A stretch of DNA of 63,209 bases, counting the filler, from Choristocarpus tenellus KU-1152 (taxonomy: Eukaryota; Protista; Phaeophyceae): the NCBI GenBank assembly GCA_964200185.2. It is 11 parts of 11 records of this genome, joined end to end, with 100 filler letters (N's around TTAATTAATTAA, not from the genome) between each part and the next. Parts side by side here need not be neighbours in the genome. Positions count along the whole stretch, not along the records: positions 1 to 10,761 come from CAXNAD020002730.1; positions 10,862 to 19,463 come from CAXNAD020004542.1; 9 more parts are not named here. The stretch is one strand, 5' to 3'. Position numbers and translations under genes: made by a program. The notes under the pieces were generated by a model. The model saw only the letters and a list, made by a program, of their open reading frames with translations. It did not search any database and was not told the origin of the DNA. Of this stretch, positions 1 through 13,090 are shown piece after piece (within the stretch, counting starts at the first letter, position 1; each line of letters begins with the position of its first letter).

Positions 1-60
1 AAGCCAAGTCCCAAATGGACAAACAGGGCAAAACTCGTACCCTCTAAGATACTTTCACTC
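1..60 (+). mobile_element. MITE family B, 3' end (cut by window start)
   Basis: Ends CCAAATGGACAAACAGGGCAAAACTCGTACCCTCTAAGATACTTTCACTC, the same as the end of the copy at 2874-3129. Confidence 0.8.
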
Positions 61-699
61 AGAGGGAAAACAGCGCCAGACTGCTAACAAGGATCAGTCT
101 TCAAGGGTATGGAGAACAAACCAAGTTAAATATATTTGAGGTGTACTTTTAATGAAATTGCGTGTGGTACTGGGTACAAGTAAAGACCAGTACCTGTCAC
201 GTCCCTAGGTTCGGAACCCCTTGGGGTCGCCGCCTTTATCTTATATAAGTTGAAAACATGCCCCCATATATCAGTGGTCAGTTCTTGGGTATCGCGTATT
301 TTGTACCACAACTCCTTTGGTAAAAACATGTAGAAATATTTGTCGGTACAACTCATCCTCTGCGAAACGTCTATAAATAGTGGTTGTACCACTCATCCGT
401 CTATGAAACTTGTGTTAATAGTGTAAGTCACTGCACAAGTATCTTTTTTGGGAAGTGCCATGTGTTTCAAGCTAGAGGACATCAGGCAGATGGGCAAAAA
501 GGAGCCTGTCAGATTCTTGGAATGCTTCCCTAGGTCCGCACTCATCATTTGTGGGGTTATGCTAGGTTAGAGCCATAAGAGCAGTGTACGCATGGCAACA
601 TCGTAGCTACCAACCTTTAAGGGGAGCATTGTTGTATTGCTAGTTCATGCTTTATACAGGTGTTTTTTGGATTAATGACAAATATAATTTTCACAGAGG

Positions 700-775
700 T
701 CCTAGGGATACAGCTTTGGTTTTCTTCCCTTGACAAATCTGCAAAATGTCAGAGGGCATAATAGTACAAACATGT
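700..775 (+). repeat. Dispersed repeat (family C), second copy inverted at ~35535-35602
   Basis: TGACAAATCTGCAAAATGTCAGAGGGCATAATA here vs reverse complement TGACACATCTGCAAAATGTCAGAGGGCATAATA at ~35550-35582; full extent not resolved. Confidence 0.6.
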
Positions 776-2873
776 ACAAATATTCGTCCGTATCACCCAT
801 CCTCTGAGAAATGTGTGTACAAATGATTCGGCAATTTATGTATAAGTTGAGACGAATTCCTCCCAAACGATTTTTGGTTGTGAGTACAAATTGTACAAAT
901 CACAATATCTGACTTGTGAATGTCTCACCAGGTTGTTGGAAGATTTGTCCCACACCAACCTCGGAAATAAATACAGGTACAGTCGATTTGGGATCCACAA
1001 ATGAAAGGGTTAACTCCTAAATCTTTGATTTGTGAGGATGTGCTTCCAACATGCACAACTCAGACCTACGACAGGAACAACCACCATTGATTTGTCGGAA
1101 ATTGATTTTTTCGCCACAAATTGGATTTGATTTGTCCAACTTGTGCACTACTTCGAACAAAGGTTTATAGGATATTGGTCCCAAGTTTATAGGGGTACCC
1201 CACTCACACTAAATACTGTAACCCTAACCCTAAAAAGACAAAATATAAACAGAATACATTGAACAACAGTAAGGTGGTATCAATAGCTTAGCGTCCTGGG
1301 TCAATCTTGCTTGTTTTTACTGTAATACCTCAAGAATTACACAGTAATATATATCAAATAAAAGCTCATGACAAGAGCTTTTGAAGGTTTGTATCCATGA
1401 ATGTCCTAACTTCGTGGAACGCGAGCTATGCCTCCATTAAATAATGGAAAAAACGTTGGGGAACATTTCCAGCGTAATTTTGAAGGTTACGACTTCAAAA
1501 CGGACAAAAATGAAGTGGTTTGCTGAACTCCTTGCAAAAATTTAAGAGCAGTTGGTTCGCCGCCCAAATTTGGCGCGTGTGGCGATACCCTATACTTTAA
1601 TCAAGTAATAGTGCATCTGTTGTCACTCTTGGTGACCTAAAATCCAGGGATCGAACCCCAATATGAGCGTTCTTTCATAAAAAATAAAATAATGGTGAAA
1701 AACAACGAAGCTCGTACTCTGGAGGGCCTTGTGACGAGCATAATGAAAATGTTTTTATTTTTTTAATCCCATGTCTACATCAAAAGTTAGGATGGAACAA
1801 CCCCAGAGAGATACGATTACAGTAGTTGATTGGTCCAGATCCATCACAAAGAGATTTCAGGTTATGGGCAGTTGGATCTGTTTGTATTTATAGACTTAGT
1901 GTTAGGGTTAGAATAATTAATACGAGCAATTTAGATATATAAACTTGGTGACATGAGTATCATCTATTAAACATCTCTCTTATTCAGTATTCCATATGTT
2001 GTGGAGTAGAGAACCATTAAATATATGTATGTATCAAGAAAAAGCCATGACCAAGTAAGTATGGCAAATACGTTTTGACGACAAGATCAGCCTCAATAGA
2101 CATATTTTTTGGGAGGGGCTGGACTTCGTCTTCAGTAAATGTCAAAGGACCAGGCTATGATGTGGCCTGTCGGGCGATCCCCCAGTATGTCCTAGGGTAA
2201 GGCCCTGGCGATTAGGGTTAGAAGGGAAGGGGAGGGTATCTGATGGTAGCAGCAAATATCAACCGTTTCACATCTAGTGATAGTCACTAATAATTGAGTT
2301 CTTGCGCAGAGAAGGAAAACCTTAGCACTCGTGCATCCTTTTTGGTGGAATTGGCATCGCACAAAGGGTCAAGGTATTCCGTAAGAAAACAGTTTGTGTG
2401 ATGCGATCATTGTTTGCCTACACGCCTATCTACAGTCAGCAAACTCCAACTGCTACTTCCTGTCGTACCTGCCCCTGGTACGCAGCACTATCTCTGCTGG
2501 TATATCTAGAGTCCTCTTCAGTCACTCTAGATCTCCAACCTTGAAACGAAAGAGTTTGCATGCTTGGTTATCCGTCAATTTGTTGTTACGCATGTTTGTG
2601 CATTGCATTGCCTTGGGTAGGACACAGTCTCATTATCTGGAAAGTTTCCCAGGTTATCTCTCCAAAGTGCGTTTGTTTTGTTGACTAGTTTGGAGTGCTG
2701 ACCGATTGTGAGTTTGCTCAGCATGCCGAGAAAGCAATTTTAAAATCTGGTCCCTAGCATTCACTTTTGAGTACTGTTGTTGCATACTTCTGGAGTGTGA
2801 AGTGCCTCATCATGTTGTTCAATTTAATTATTTCTTTACTTTAGCCTGGGGACTGTCCCAACCTCTGATCAGA

Positions 2874-3129
2874 GAGCCAAAGTATCTGAAAGGGTAGATC
2901 TGTGTCCATTTGGGGGCCACAATCCAATGTTACGATTTTGATATAGTTTTGGCTATCGTGTTTACTAGGAAGTCTCTATATCCTTGTTCCGGACATCTTT
3001 TCATAACGTATACATTTTACCCACTCGGAATATTTTAGAGTAGGAAAATATCATTAAAATACTCATGGGAAGTCAAGCCCCAAATGGACAAACAGGGCAA
3101 AACTCGTACCCTCTAAGATACTTTCACTC
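2874..3129 (+). mobile_element. MITE family B, complete copy
   Basis: Imperfect TIRs GAGCCAAAGTATCTGAAAGGGTA / TACCCTCTAAGATACTTTCACTC; AGA on both sides (2871-2873, 3130-3132) = 3-bp TSD; non-coding. Confidence 0.85.
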
Positions 3130-5251
3130 AGAGGCATTACACACTGCACTGTTCTTCAAACTACTTCAAATCTTCTGCGGGACCCACCCTGGCATGGTTC
3201 ACCAATAAAGTCTTGCCACTTCATTCTTGGTCCAGCGTTTTTGCGGCATAGTGACAGATTTTATACCACAGGTGCACAATCTACAACACTTGCCACATGA
3301 GGTTTGGATCATCGAAGTCAGACTTCTATGAAAAGAAATATGATCACAGGACCACTTGACCTTGGTATGACAAAACCATGCATGCAGCTTCCTCATGACA
3401 GCAAGTGCAAAATGTCAGTTGACAAAAAACAATTCACGTAACTCACCCTGGAAAGGAAACACCATTCTGACCACTAGGCTCACTCTTGGATCAAGTTTGT
3501 CTTCAACAAACTCTCAAGCTTCTTCAGTCCTTTGTCTGAGCTTTCCAGCAATAAATTACAATCCCAAAGGTGGTAGTTCATACCAAGAAACAGTCATCAC
3601 ACAATGTTTGCCCCATGTATACCAAGCCACCAAAGTGTAAAGATAACCCTTGCGTACATGCAGCACTAGCTCTGAACATATACACTTCTTTTGTTCTACT
3701 CCATTACTCTAACTTATCTTTTCATGCGAGACAAAAGCATGGCTCAGTTAGATGGCCTTCCTTTCTACCACCATTTAAGGACCCACCACCTGTGGGTGCT
3801 GCATACAACAGTTATCTCACACTCCAGAGTTCCCATTAAGGAGCAACAGGTCTCATTGGAATTATCAATGTATACATCTAACTCTGAACGTCCAACAGGT
3901 CGCACACGAGAGTTAGTCCCCAAGCAAGATTCTTGATTAATCTAAAATCAAGACTGAGGTTTTAAAAAATCAGGGAATTATTGTCCTCACGAGTATTTCA
4001 CCAATAACCACACACGAAGAAACTGTCATGAATTGCACTAGAACATCTATAATGAGGGTGCTCTTGCTTATCCGTAGTATCAAGCCTTTTTCGAACATCT
4101 AAGTTCTTACAAATAGAACTGCAAAACAGAAAAGTCCTAGCCGTTTTTTTTGTGTGTCTCTCAGTGTAGCATTACGTTCGCTACCCTCAACTGTATCAGC
4201 AACACTAAAATCAAGATGAATTATCAAACTTGACCGGTTGAGAGAGAGAGAGTGGACTTGGGCGGTCTCCCCAAAAAATCATCTCACAACTTCACAAAGT
4301 GAAGGAAACCGCTACTAGGATCAGATGATTATGAAGATGCCGATGGTTGTAGCATTGTTTGGAAAATGTGTAAATAGGAACCGCTACATTCCCAACCCGC
4401 CCCTGGGTCAGTGGGTGGCACGCAGCAGGATGGAAGATTGCTGATCAGATATCCTACTGCAGTCTGTATGAGAAGCAACATGGTGTCACGGGAGGGGATA
4501 AAGGGTACTGCCTCATGGCAAAGCTACTGGTGTTGTGAAGTTGAAGCACATTCCACAGTGAGAGGAAACTTTGATTGTTGCAGCTTGTGACGTTCTGATA
4601 GTGGAACTGGTACAAAATAGCTGTCACCCACTCAAGATGCAGACACAAACGCATATCGTACTTGACATATTTTAGTCATGCCATGAATCCGAGTCAGTAA
4701 AAAACTGTTGAGTGTGGAAGCTCACAAGAGGGGGCAGAAAGGACAGCAATCATGTGTGGGAGTATAGGGGATCAAGTCAAGGAACCCAACAGGAACAGGT
4801 GATTTTCAAGTGAGTCTTTGATCCTGTTAACACCAAACATCACTATCAATGAATGCCAGGCTAACACGGGTGTCTCAATGGACTTCAGGTTAAATGCTGT
4901 TGATGGGGCTGTTTTGGAGTGTTCTCAAGCACCAGTGATGCCATCGAGTCAAGCACCAGAACATATCCTGTCCACTAAGATAATAAAAATTGACCTTTTA
5001 AAAAACGATGCTTGCACAACACACAAACTCCCAATACTCGTGTCGCCCAAGAATCGGTCGAAATAGTTACCAGGGCTCATTTACAACAGTGGGGTGGATG
5101 CAGAGTCGGCCCTATGGCACAAGGATTCCTCCGACCAACTTTGAAAGCGAAATCTCCAAGACATCCCGTTATGTTAGGATATGGTGAATGCTAACACCCT
5201 CCAGTTAGGGCTTTGCTTGCTCAAGACCAAAATAGAGCAACAGCAAAAGGT

Positions 5252-5956
5252 CTATTTCTTTCCAACCTTCATACGCACCAGCTTCCGTCGCTTTTTCCAT
5301 TTGTGCTTTCTCATCTTCTTCATCCGCTTTCGCATCACACTTGTCATACTCCATACCCCGAGATCATCCTCTCTCCTACCCACGAAGTCTACTTGGTCCA
5401 AACAAAGCATTTTCAACCATAGCCTATCAAAGAGGCAAGGCAGCTGTGTGGAGACAACGGGCTCCGATTTGTTCAAGGACAAGACACGTTCAGTGAGTGT
5501 TCGAGTGCCTGCAGATAATTTTCCCGTTGCCAGAAGTTGTTAGGGTTGTCTAAGGAGAGAGATGAAGTAAAGGATATTGGAAATTGACTGGAATTGTGAG
5601 GAGAGTGGACAAAAGAAATAGACAAAACGCGTGAGGTCACAAGTAAACGAGGCTGTTCGAGCAATTTCGTAGCATAAGCTCTACGGCAGGACACCTTCAA
5701 AGTCGACGTCAATCAATCTATCACCTTCTAAAGCATGTTTAATCCCCGTCATTTGACGAAGATTCCGAGTCAAATAATCCCATGATGCCTCTTGGTCTTC
5801 CCGTTCACAGGTCACAAAGGACCCATCGACATACCCTACCGATAGAGATCTATGATGAGCTAACCCTTGCCCAAGGGAAGCGACTACCTGATTACTGTCA
5901 ATGGATGCACTCAGGGCTCGGTGCGGCCAACGCACTCTTCTCACAAACGCCAACAT
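5252..5956 (-). CDS. Mitochondrial small-subunit protein mS38/COX24/AURKAIP1-like (2 exons: 5956-5695, 5508-5252)
   Basis: C-terminal SVMRKRMKKMRKHKWKKRRK matches the COX24/mS38 basic motif; Arg-rich presequence-like N-terminus MLAFVRRVRW; GT-AG intron 5694-5509 joins FEG|TRTLTE in frame. Confidence 0.8.
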
Positions 5957-6896
5957 TGAGGTCAACCATTAATAGATGGTCATTTTCCCTCTATACACAT
6001 TGTTGGAAGAAACACAGAATGGTACAAGAACGCCTCCAAGGGTGATGTTTGATGATGTCCAACAGTCACACATTCAAGAGTAGAAGGAGGAAAAAACAGC
6101 TAGACGTCAAAAGGAAGAGGGACAGGGACACAAGGTCGAACTAACGGTACGAGGTGCTACGTGACTGGGAAGTATTTGTTGGCGGACGACTCAAAAAAAT
6201 CTGGTAGAGGGGAACCAATTTGTGCTCCTTCAATGCCTTCCACTCCATACGCAGGTGTTACCTTGATGCCACAAACCCCCACAATGTTTTGTATTGCAAT
6301 GGAAAGGGTGGGGGTAGCTGTACGCGGGACCATATGTATCAAAATAAATATCTCCATATTATTTTATCCCTCAATACCATGCTTTGGTACGTGGGTTGAC
6401 CTTGGCCTATCTATGTGTGGATCGTTAGAACTCAACGGTATTTTCTGGCACACCCTGATTGACACTGTTGCAACCTGTAACAACTATGTTTTGATAGATT
6501 CTAGGAATGAACTAAGGGATGAAATTCTAGAAAGGGAGTTATAGCTCTTGCGATGCTTATCCCCCCTATTGTTGCACATTGTACACGGTGAGTTCGACCG
6601 GAGTACCTGAAGATGCTGCCTTTGTTACATCTGCTCTTATTTGCACATTTGGTAATTGCAATGTCTTATCGGCATTTCATCTTGTTGATCGTAGGTTTGT
6701 CGCTTGCCTAAATGTTTGCGCTTTCACATCCTGCCGAGATCGTGCGGCAACGCGTGGATATTGTGGTAGCATTCTTACATTATTTTGATTTGGTCGGAGG
6801 GATGACAATACAGCTTCTCTCCCTTGCCAATGCCTCACGGAACTCGCCATACAGTGCCCATAATCTTTTAAAAGAAAATCTTCCGCCCTTTCTGCT

Positions 6897-9800
6897 ATGT
6901 CCTCAGCTTCGGCTTCAACCACACCGATAGCATCAGCGAAGAGACCGAAGAGGCGTGCGTACCCATCTCCAGGTTAGAAACGAGCGTGCTCGCTTTTCTC
7001 CTCTATTTTTCTATAATCGTGGATGAACAGGTTATATAGAAAGTTCAACATGCTCTTGAATCCTTTTAAAGTCTATTTTGGGTTTTGAAATGCTCTGTTA
7101 GAAAATGTCTCTCCTGTTCAACTCAAGCGGCAAATATGCAATCTAGGTAGCAGTTGAAGCGGCGTGACCTGTAGTGGATACACTATTCTTAATGGCCAAG
7201 GCTAGAATTAGAATGTTCCCAGGTTCTTAAATGACTTCGGTGGAACTTCCCAGGCGTTGATTCTATAGTGGTATTTTTTTGCACCGTACCTCCTCAGCAG
7301 GTGCACAAGGTGGGTCGCTAACTTACGAAAGTAGGGAGAGCATTGGGGCGGAGCTACACATTGTGAAGGAGAATACTGGTGATGCAGACACCACACCTAC
7401 AGCATCAAAAGCCCTCAAGGGTACCAGGTGCAGTGGTGCTCTCGGGTGTGCTGGATGTGGACGTATCTGCTTCAAATACATTTCCACTCTGAAACACAAC
7501 ATGAGCCCAGACGATGTTGCATGGGGTTGCTGTCTGGATACCTGAGGCACAGTATTACTCATGTGACGCCATGAACTCATGCTTTGTTGCTTGAGATATG
7601 GCATGGAAACAGTACAAGGAGGTTTGCAAGTATGCAACAATTTAATCGATGGAGTTTGCCAATGATACAACCATGTCGACTAAATGTCTGTTGTGTCCAT
7701 ACCCTTCTTGACCTTTCTCTCATTGAACATGTGTTCAACCCATATTCAACTTATGTATGTACTTGCAACAGCAATGCTACCCCTCGAAGCAGCCTGTCCC
7801 CTGCATCCAGAGGAGATGTAGAGGATGTAAATGTTATCTGTGAGGGACAAGGAGAAGGGGCGGAGGCAAGGGCTATATTTTCCCCTGCGCTCCATCCGAA
7901 AAAAGTTGAAGAGGAGTCACCTGAACAGGTCAAACTTTTTGTCAGGTTATTTTTTAGTTTGCACTGCTCAAGTTTGCATTTGGCTGTTGTGGTCTCTATT
8001 TAGAAGAAATTAGTGGAATTTCTCCACTTTCAGTTGGATGGGTGGCATTTCTAACATTGCTACGGTCTTGTGTCGCTGATCTGATCTTTGTCGCCAGAAT
8101 ATTTGTCTAGCTTCATGTCTGTGCAGTGTCCCTGTTGTTTTCCAAAGTTTGAGATTTCCCAGGATGTGCTTGCTGGTGTGTTTATTTGTCCCTATTGGTA
8201 TTGTAGTCAGTTGTGTATTGTTTGGGGGGTGGCGGACGCTTGCCACTTCACTCTTGTCACTTCAAGTGTACAGAATTGCTTATGTTAAAAATGGCATGGG
8301 ATGGTTCACTACGCTAGAAATGTCCAAGTGTTGAGTGTATTGCACGTTGAACAGATATGATAGGTATGGATTTGGCTCGTTTTGCTCTTTTGCTGTTTGG
8401 GTATGCAGGTTGTTGTTGATGAGGAGGTACAATCTCGGGCATTACCAAGTGGCAAACCTGCCCAGGAGAGAGTATCAACAGGGGGCCAGAGTGGGGGTGC
8501 AATTACAATTGAGGGAGAAGGTGGAGAGGGGACTGCGGTTGGGGCGTGTGGGGAAGAGGAGTTTGCGGAGGGGGAGGGGGAGGAGGAGGAGGAGGAGGAG
8601 GAGTTTAACCCGTACTGTTTTATTGCTCATCTGCCGCCATATAATACAGTAAAGCACTGTACACCAGAGGTGAATGTCCAGCTTTCCAATCCCAATAAAG
8701 AGTCCTGTCCCTTGTCTTGGGGAGGGGACCATTGTTGGTGTTTTTGGCAGTGTTGTCAATAAATATATTTTTTGTATTTGATTATTTCTTATTGGTATGG
8801 TTGTAGTTATTAGCTCTGTTAATGTTGTAACTGTGCCTTGCTTGCAAATTTAAAATTGCAATGAGTTCTGGGCTGGCAGATGATGAGCCTAAAGGACTCT
8901 TATCATGCCCAAATCATCAGCAAGGTGGAGTATTGATTGCAGGCTTGGTAGTATTGGATATGTCTCTCCCGTTTTTCTCAGTTTCCCTTGCCAGTTATGG
9001 ATTAGTCTGTATTCACTACCTTTTGATTCCTGGTTTGTGTTTAAGTATCATGCCATGGTTGAAGGACAGGAACAATTTTTTTGGATTGAAGAAACCTGGG
9101 TACATCTGGTAGGTGTAGGAAGAGATGTCCAGCATCTTTCTGTTCCCGGCTGTTAGGTGTTTTCCTGGCAATAAATATTTCATCCCAAATTTTTTAAAAT
9201 TATCGATTTTTCTAATGTTCGTAGGAACAAGGAACAATAGGAGCGGGCCTTCAAATATTGGAAAGATAGGGAATGTTCAAAGAGTTAATTGTCGTCAGGA
9301 ACGGATCTTACTGGTTCACAGCATGTTTGGGCACACTAGACTGTTTTGTAAGGCATCAGGCATTTATTGTCACAGTATGCTTTGGAACAGATGTCTTGCT
9401 ATGTATTGATTGTAATCAACATAACATGTGTACAGTGATGATTCTCACCTTGGTCTCTTCTGTGTTGAATATGTTATGTCTTCCATGCCCTAACCCTAAC
9501 CCTAACCCTAGGCGCCAGTACTGCCGGAGAAACGGAAGACTCGCCATGCAAAGGAACTAACCTTGGTACTGGACCTTGATGAGACCCTGGTCCATTGCAC
9601 AGTTGACCCGATTATTAACCCAGACCACAGTTTTGATGTTAGGTTTAATGGAGAGGAGTTCCAGGTGAGCCGAGGCAGATGAACGAAGGTTTCTTGTCCC
9701 TTGTGGCTCACCTTTTCCGTGCTGCTGTTCTACTGTGGTGTTTATTGTTGATTACAGTTTGGTGTTTTCGAAGTGGAGGAGTAAGGAGTAGCCTGTCCGG

Positions 9801-10122
9801 TGGTAGGATGCCCGCCCTGTGTTAAGGAGTTAAGGTGTTACGGTTAGTGTGTACCTGCCATCAATTGAGAAATCATGTATGTAGTTGTATTTTGACATTG
9901 ATCTAAACAAATGGTTCAAGTGTACCCTTCCAACTGGTGATGCTGTGGATGGTGTGTTGTGTGTTGTGTGTTGTGACAGGTCTACGTACGTAAGAGGCCA
10001 CACCTAGACAGCTTTCTGGAGGAAGTATCCGAGCTTTTTGAGGTCGTTGTTTTTACAGCAAGTCAGCAGGTTTATGCTGAACGGCTGCTGAACATGATAG
10101 ATCCACAGAAGAAATATGTCAA
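6897..10122 (+). CDS. CTDSPL2: CTD small phosphatase-like protein 2 (FCP1/SCP HAD family), 3'-partial; exons 6897-6972, 7301-7427, 7772-7928, 8409-8669, 9512-9664, 9980-10122
   Basis: [12 protein letters not shown] (DxDxT), [23 protein letters not shown] and upstream [12 protein letters not shown] typical of CTDSPL2/SCP4; all GT-AG junctions phase-consistent; remaining exons presumably lost at gap 10762. Confidence 0.88.
9488..9511 (+). repeat. Interstitial telomere-like (CCCTAA)3+CCCTAG at an intron 3' end
   Basis: CCCTAACCCTAACCCTAACCCTAG directly precedes exon 9512; similar short tracts at ~1219-1233, ~61775-61790 and ~62251-62272. Confidence 0.85.
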
Positions 10123-10736
10123 GTGAGTCACATGTGCCGTGTGGCAATTGACATTGGTGATTGGCGACACAACTGGTTTTGGGAAAGAGCGTCTCTCTCA
10201 AGTCTCTCTCAAGGTACTTCCCGTGCCCAATGTACTGAATCTATGCCCATGGGAACAAGGACTCACCAATTGTAGTGACTGCAGCCCCATGCGATTGCCG
10301 TAGGTTAGATTTTGGTACCCATCTCTCCCTGTCTGGGCAGAAGGATACTTCCAAACCTATTTTTTTTTGTCTTCAGTTGTGGCTGTTGTCCATCAACATC
10401 GAGGAATTTGTTTGATCTAACAGGCCTTCTACTTCACTGCTCTTTTTGATATGGGGAATCAATCTGTACGTACTGTGTAATTGAACATGGAACCCCAATC
10501 TCCTGCATCAATATGTCACTGTTGTGTGTGGCTTAAGAGATTTCGATTTCATGGAGACACCCTGTGTGGGCATGAGCTCCTTTGCACTCCTGTAACCCTT
10601 TAGACAAGATTGTAGACAAGACTGTTGTTAAAGCTGCACTGTATCAGAGTTTGGAGGAGAATTTTTCGCATATATGCGGTGCCCCTCACTAGACGTATGT
10701 ACCTCTGTAATTACATATGGTGGTGTCCTTACCACT

Positions 10737-10761
10737 GACCCAAAGTATCTTGGAGGGGGGG
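10737..10761. mobile_element. MITE family A terminus, cut by gap
   Basis: GACCCAAAGTATCT followed by a G tract running into Ns. Confidence 0.65.
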
Positions 10762-10861
10762 NNNNNNNNNNNNNNNNNNNNNNNNNNNNNNNNNNNNNNN
10801 NNNNNTTAATTAATTAANNNNNNNNNNNNNNNNNNNNNNNNNNNNNNNNNNNNNNNNNNNN
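10762..10861. other. Artificial contig linker (N-TTAATTAATTAA-N, 100 nt); also at 19464, 23277, 32901, 35812, 42732, 47499, 51656, 54420, 59807
   Basis: Same spacer repeated ten times; the core gives stop codons in all six frames. Confidence 0.97.
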
Positions 10862-13090
10862 GGACACAATGCAACCAACAATAACACTCACCCCCCACCC
10901 CCCTCCCAGATACTTTGGCATAGATGCTGCCTCAAAATACACTGTTGTAACAAAACATTTATGCTATGGAATAATGAATGTTACGTTATAATGGCGACAT
11001 ATTCTATGTACTCCATGTTTTAGTGGTACGAGCATAACGCAGTGTTGGATCTGTTTTGGTCCGGAGATTGGGCGAATGATTTTGCATATATTTTCGTATC
11101 CAGTATTATGAGCATAGCATGGTGTTGAGTGTTGTGCTGTCCAGGTAGATGTGCATAACGTAGAGTGTGGAGTAGTTAGACAAGTGTAGAAAAAAGAGGA
11201 TGGGGATAACTTTCTCTTGTTGGTGTGTTCCTTATTGCTATGGAACTGAAATGTTGCGACCCGATGAAGTTCCTGGGGTGCTAGGACCATCTCTCCTGTG
11301 CTATTAAATTACGTGGGACTAGCTCGGAAACAACCCTTAACGTAGTGTGCCTTTCAAAAATGCAGTCATTACCACCCATCTATGTCTTTTGTATTGCTGG
11401 CAGTTGCTAGGTCATCAAAAATGCCGAGAGACCTTGCCCTCCCAACACTAACTTTCACATAATTTCGAAGCAAACACCAGAAAGGGACTTGTTGTGAACA
11501 TCCCAGCGACACGATATTTTGTGGTGCATTCATAACAATCTAGTGCCATGACATCAGGGGACAAATTTATTGATCAACAAGGAAGACTTCTTACGTCAAT
11601 CGTAGATTATTGGTTCACATGAGTAGAAGAGTCCTAATCCTGGTGTTGCCAGTAGTGTACTGCCATTTGGAACCACAGTGCTCCTGTAAAACTCATCACC
11701 ACTACTACAATTTAGTTCTTCTGCATTATTAATGGTGGTGTAAGTGGTTAGGTTCAGGAATTTACAGGGTTGAAATGTCTTGTAAATCAGGTTTAAGTTG
11801 TGGCTAGACAATTTGATTGAGTGAAGATATGTTGTATTGCCGAAGTTATCAAGGTCTCTCCTCCTTACATGTAAGATGAACAAATGATTAATGTGTCTAG
11901 TTTCGGACTCGTGGAGTGTCGTTTCCTACTTAACGTATATTATACAACAAATCGTGGAAGATCGTCAAGTTCAACAACCCTACTCCAGGTACACATGCAA
12001 TGATGAAGACTACACAGTATCTGTTGGTAGGTGAATTGTTACCAAGGAAGAGGGGGGGATGCAAGAATGAACCAAATACACTCCTGTAATCGCCAACAAC
12101 ACTATACTCTTGAATTATGGAATGTAATCAGGGCCAGAAGAAAGTAGATTCCGCATAGGTGGGTACAAGAAGAAGGCTGAATCCAGAATGAGTACTTTCC
12201 CGAGTCACTGAAATCAATCCTTGTGCGCTAGTTGATTGCAGGTTGGTAATCTCTCCATGTGTGGAGGGTTGGGAGTACGATAGGTAGAATGTCCGTAGTG
12301 GGCATAATAGTGTTGTATAGTAGTAGCAAATATGTACAATATAATATGGTAGGTAGATGAACAGTATCGTTCTCCCTCCTCTGCTCTGCAGATTGTACAG
12401 CAGGATCAGTTGAAACACGTTCCCTATCCCCGCAAATTGGTCGAACTAATCCCCAACAGACATGGACACTTACTTGAGGAATTACTTCCATGACAATATT
12501 ATATTGGCAGTCCCTGGCAGTTAGTTGTGTGGATAGTGCACATCTCATTGTATTTCCCTACAGGGTTTGGGAGGTGATATCGAGTGTGGTATGTCGTGGA
12601 TGGGATGTCGAAGTCGACTGGCACGTCAAGATAGGAATGAATTGAGTTACGGTTTTTGAAATCCAGACTTTCTGTTCACTCGTTCGTTGTAGTGTGCAAA
12701 GATGACATATGCACTACTATACACAGTTACAGTTGTTTTTCATGACGTCATTGGTTGTCTCATCACATTATTATGTTTAATGTGCGTTGAAATGAGAAAA
12801 AAAACGTGTTAGTGAGGTACAATCCCTACTTGAGGGAGGACAGAGAGTTGAGTTTGTTCCTTGCAAACAATATAAATATATAATTGCATTTCTTATTTCC
12901 TAGAAGCCACCATATTGTACCCCACTCTAGAGAACTCTATTGATACAGATCGTAGAACCGCCATCGATATCCCCATCAAGCCCAAACATTGATCTTCAGG
13001 AGAGCTTGATTAATTAATCCGTCTTAATCAAGGCGAAGTAGTAGCGTCCAGGGGTCAGGATTTCTTCCGAGGAGTAGGACAGGGATCGCA

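Noticed and set aside
1640-1662. B-box-like GGTTCGATCCC on minus strand
   Set aside because: No matching A box or stems
3140-3560. Exon-like frames on minus strand (KLRQRTEEA*EFVEDKLDP...)
   Set aside because: Multiple stops and no recognisable family; cannot support a product
9788-9825. tRNA-like 5' fragment in CTDSPL2 intron
   Set aside because: No T-arm or acceptor stem
10762-10861. Recurrent TTAATTAATTAA palindrome inside N runs
   Set aside because: Artificial six-frame-stop scaffold linker, not biological
11580-12550. Possible minus-strand exons with splice-like ends
   Set aside because: Could not be joined in phase and no motif recognised
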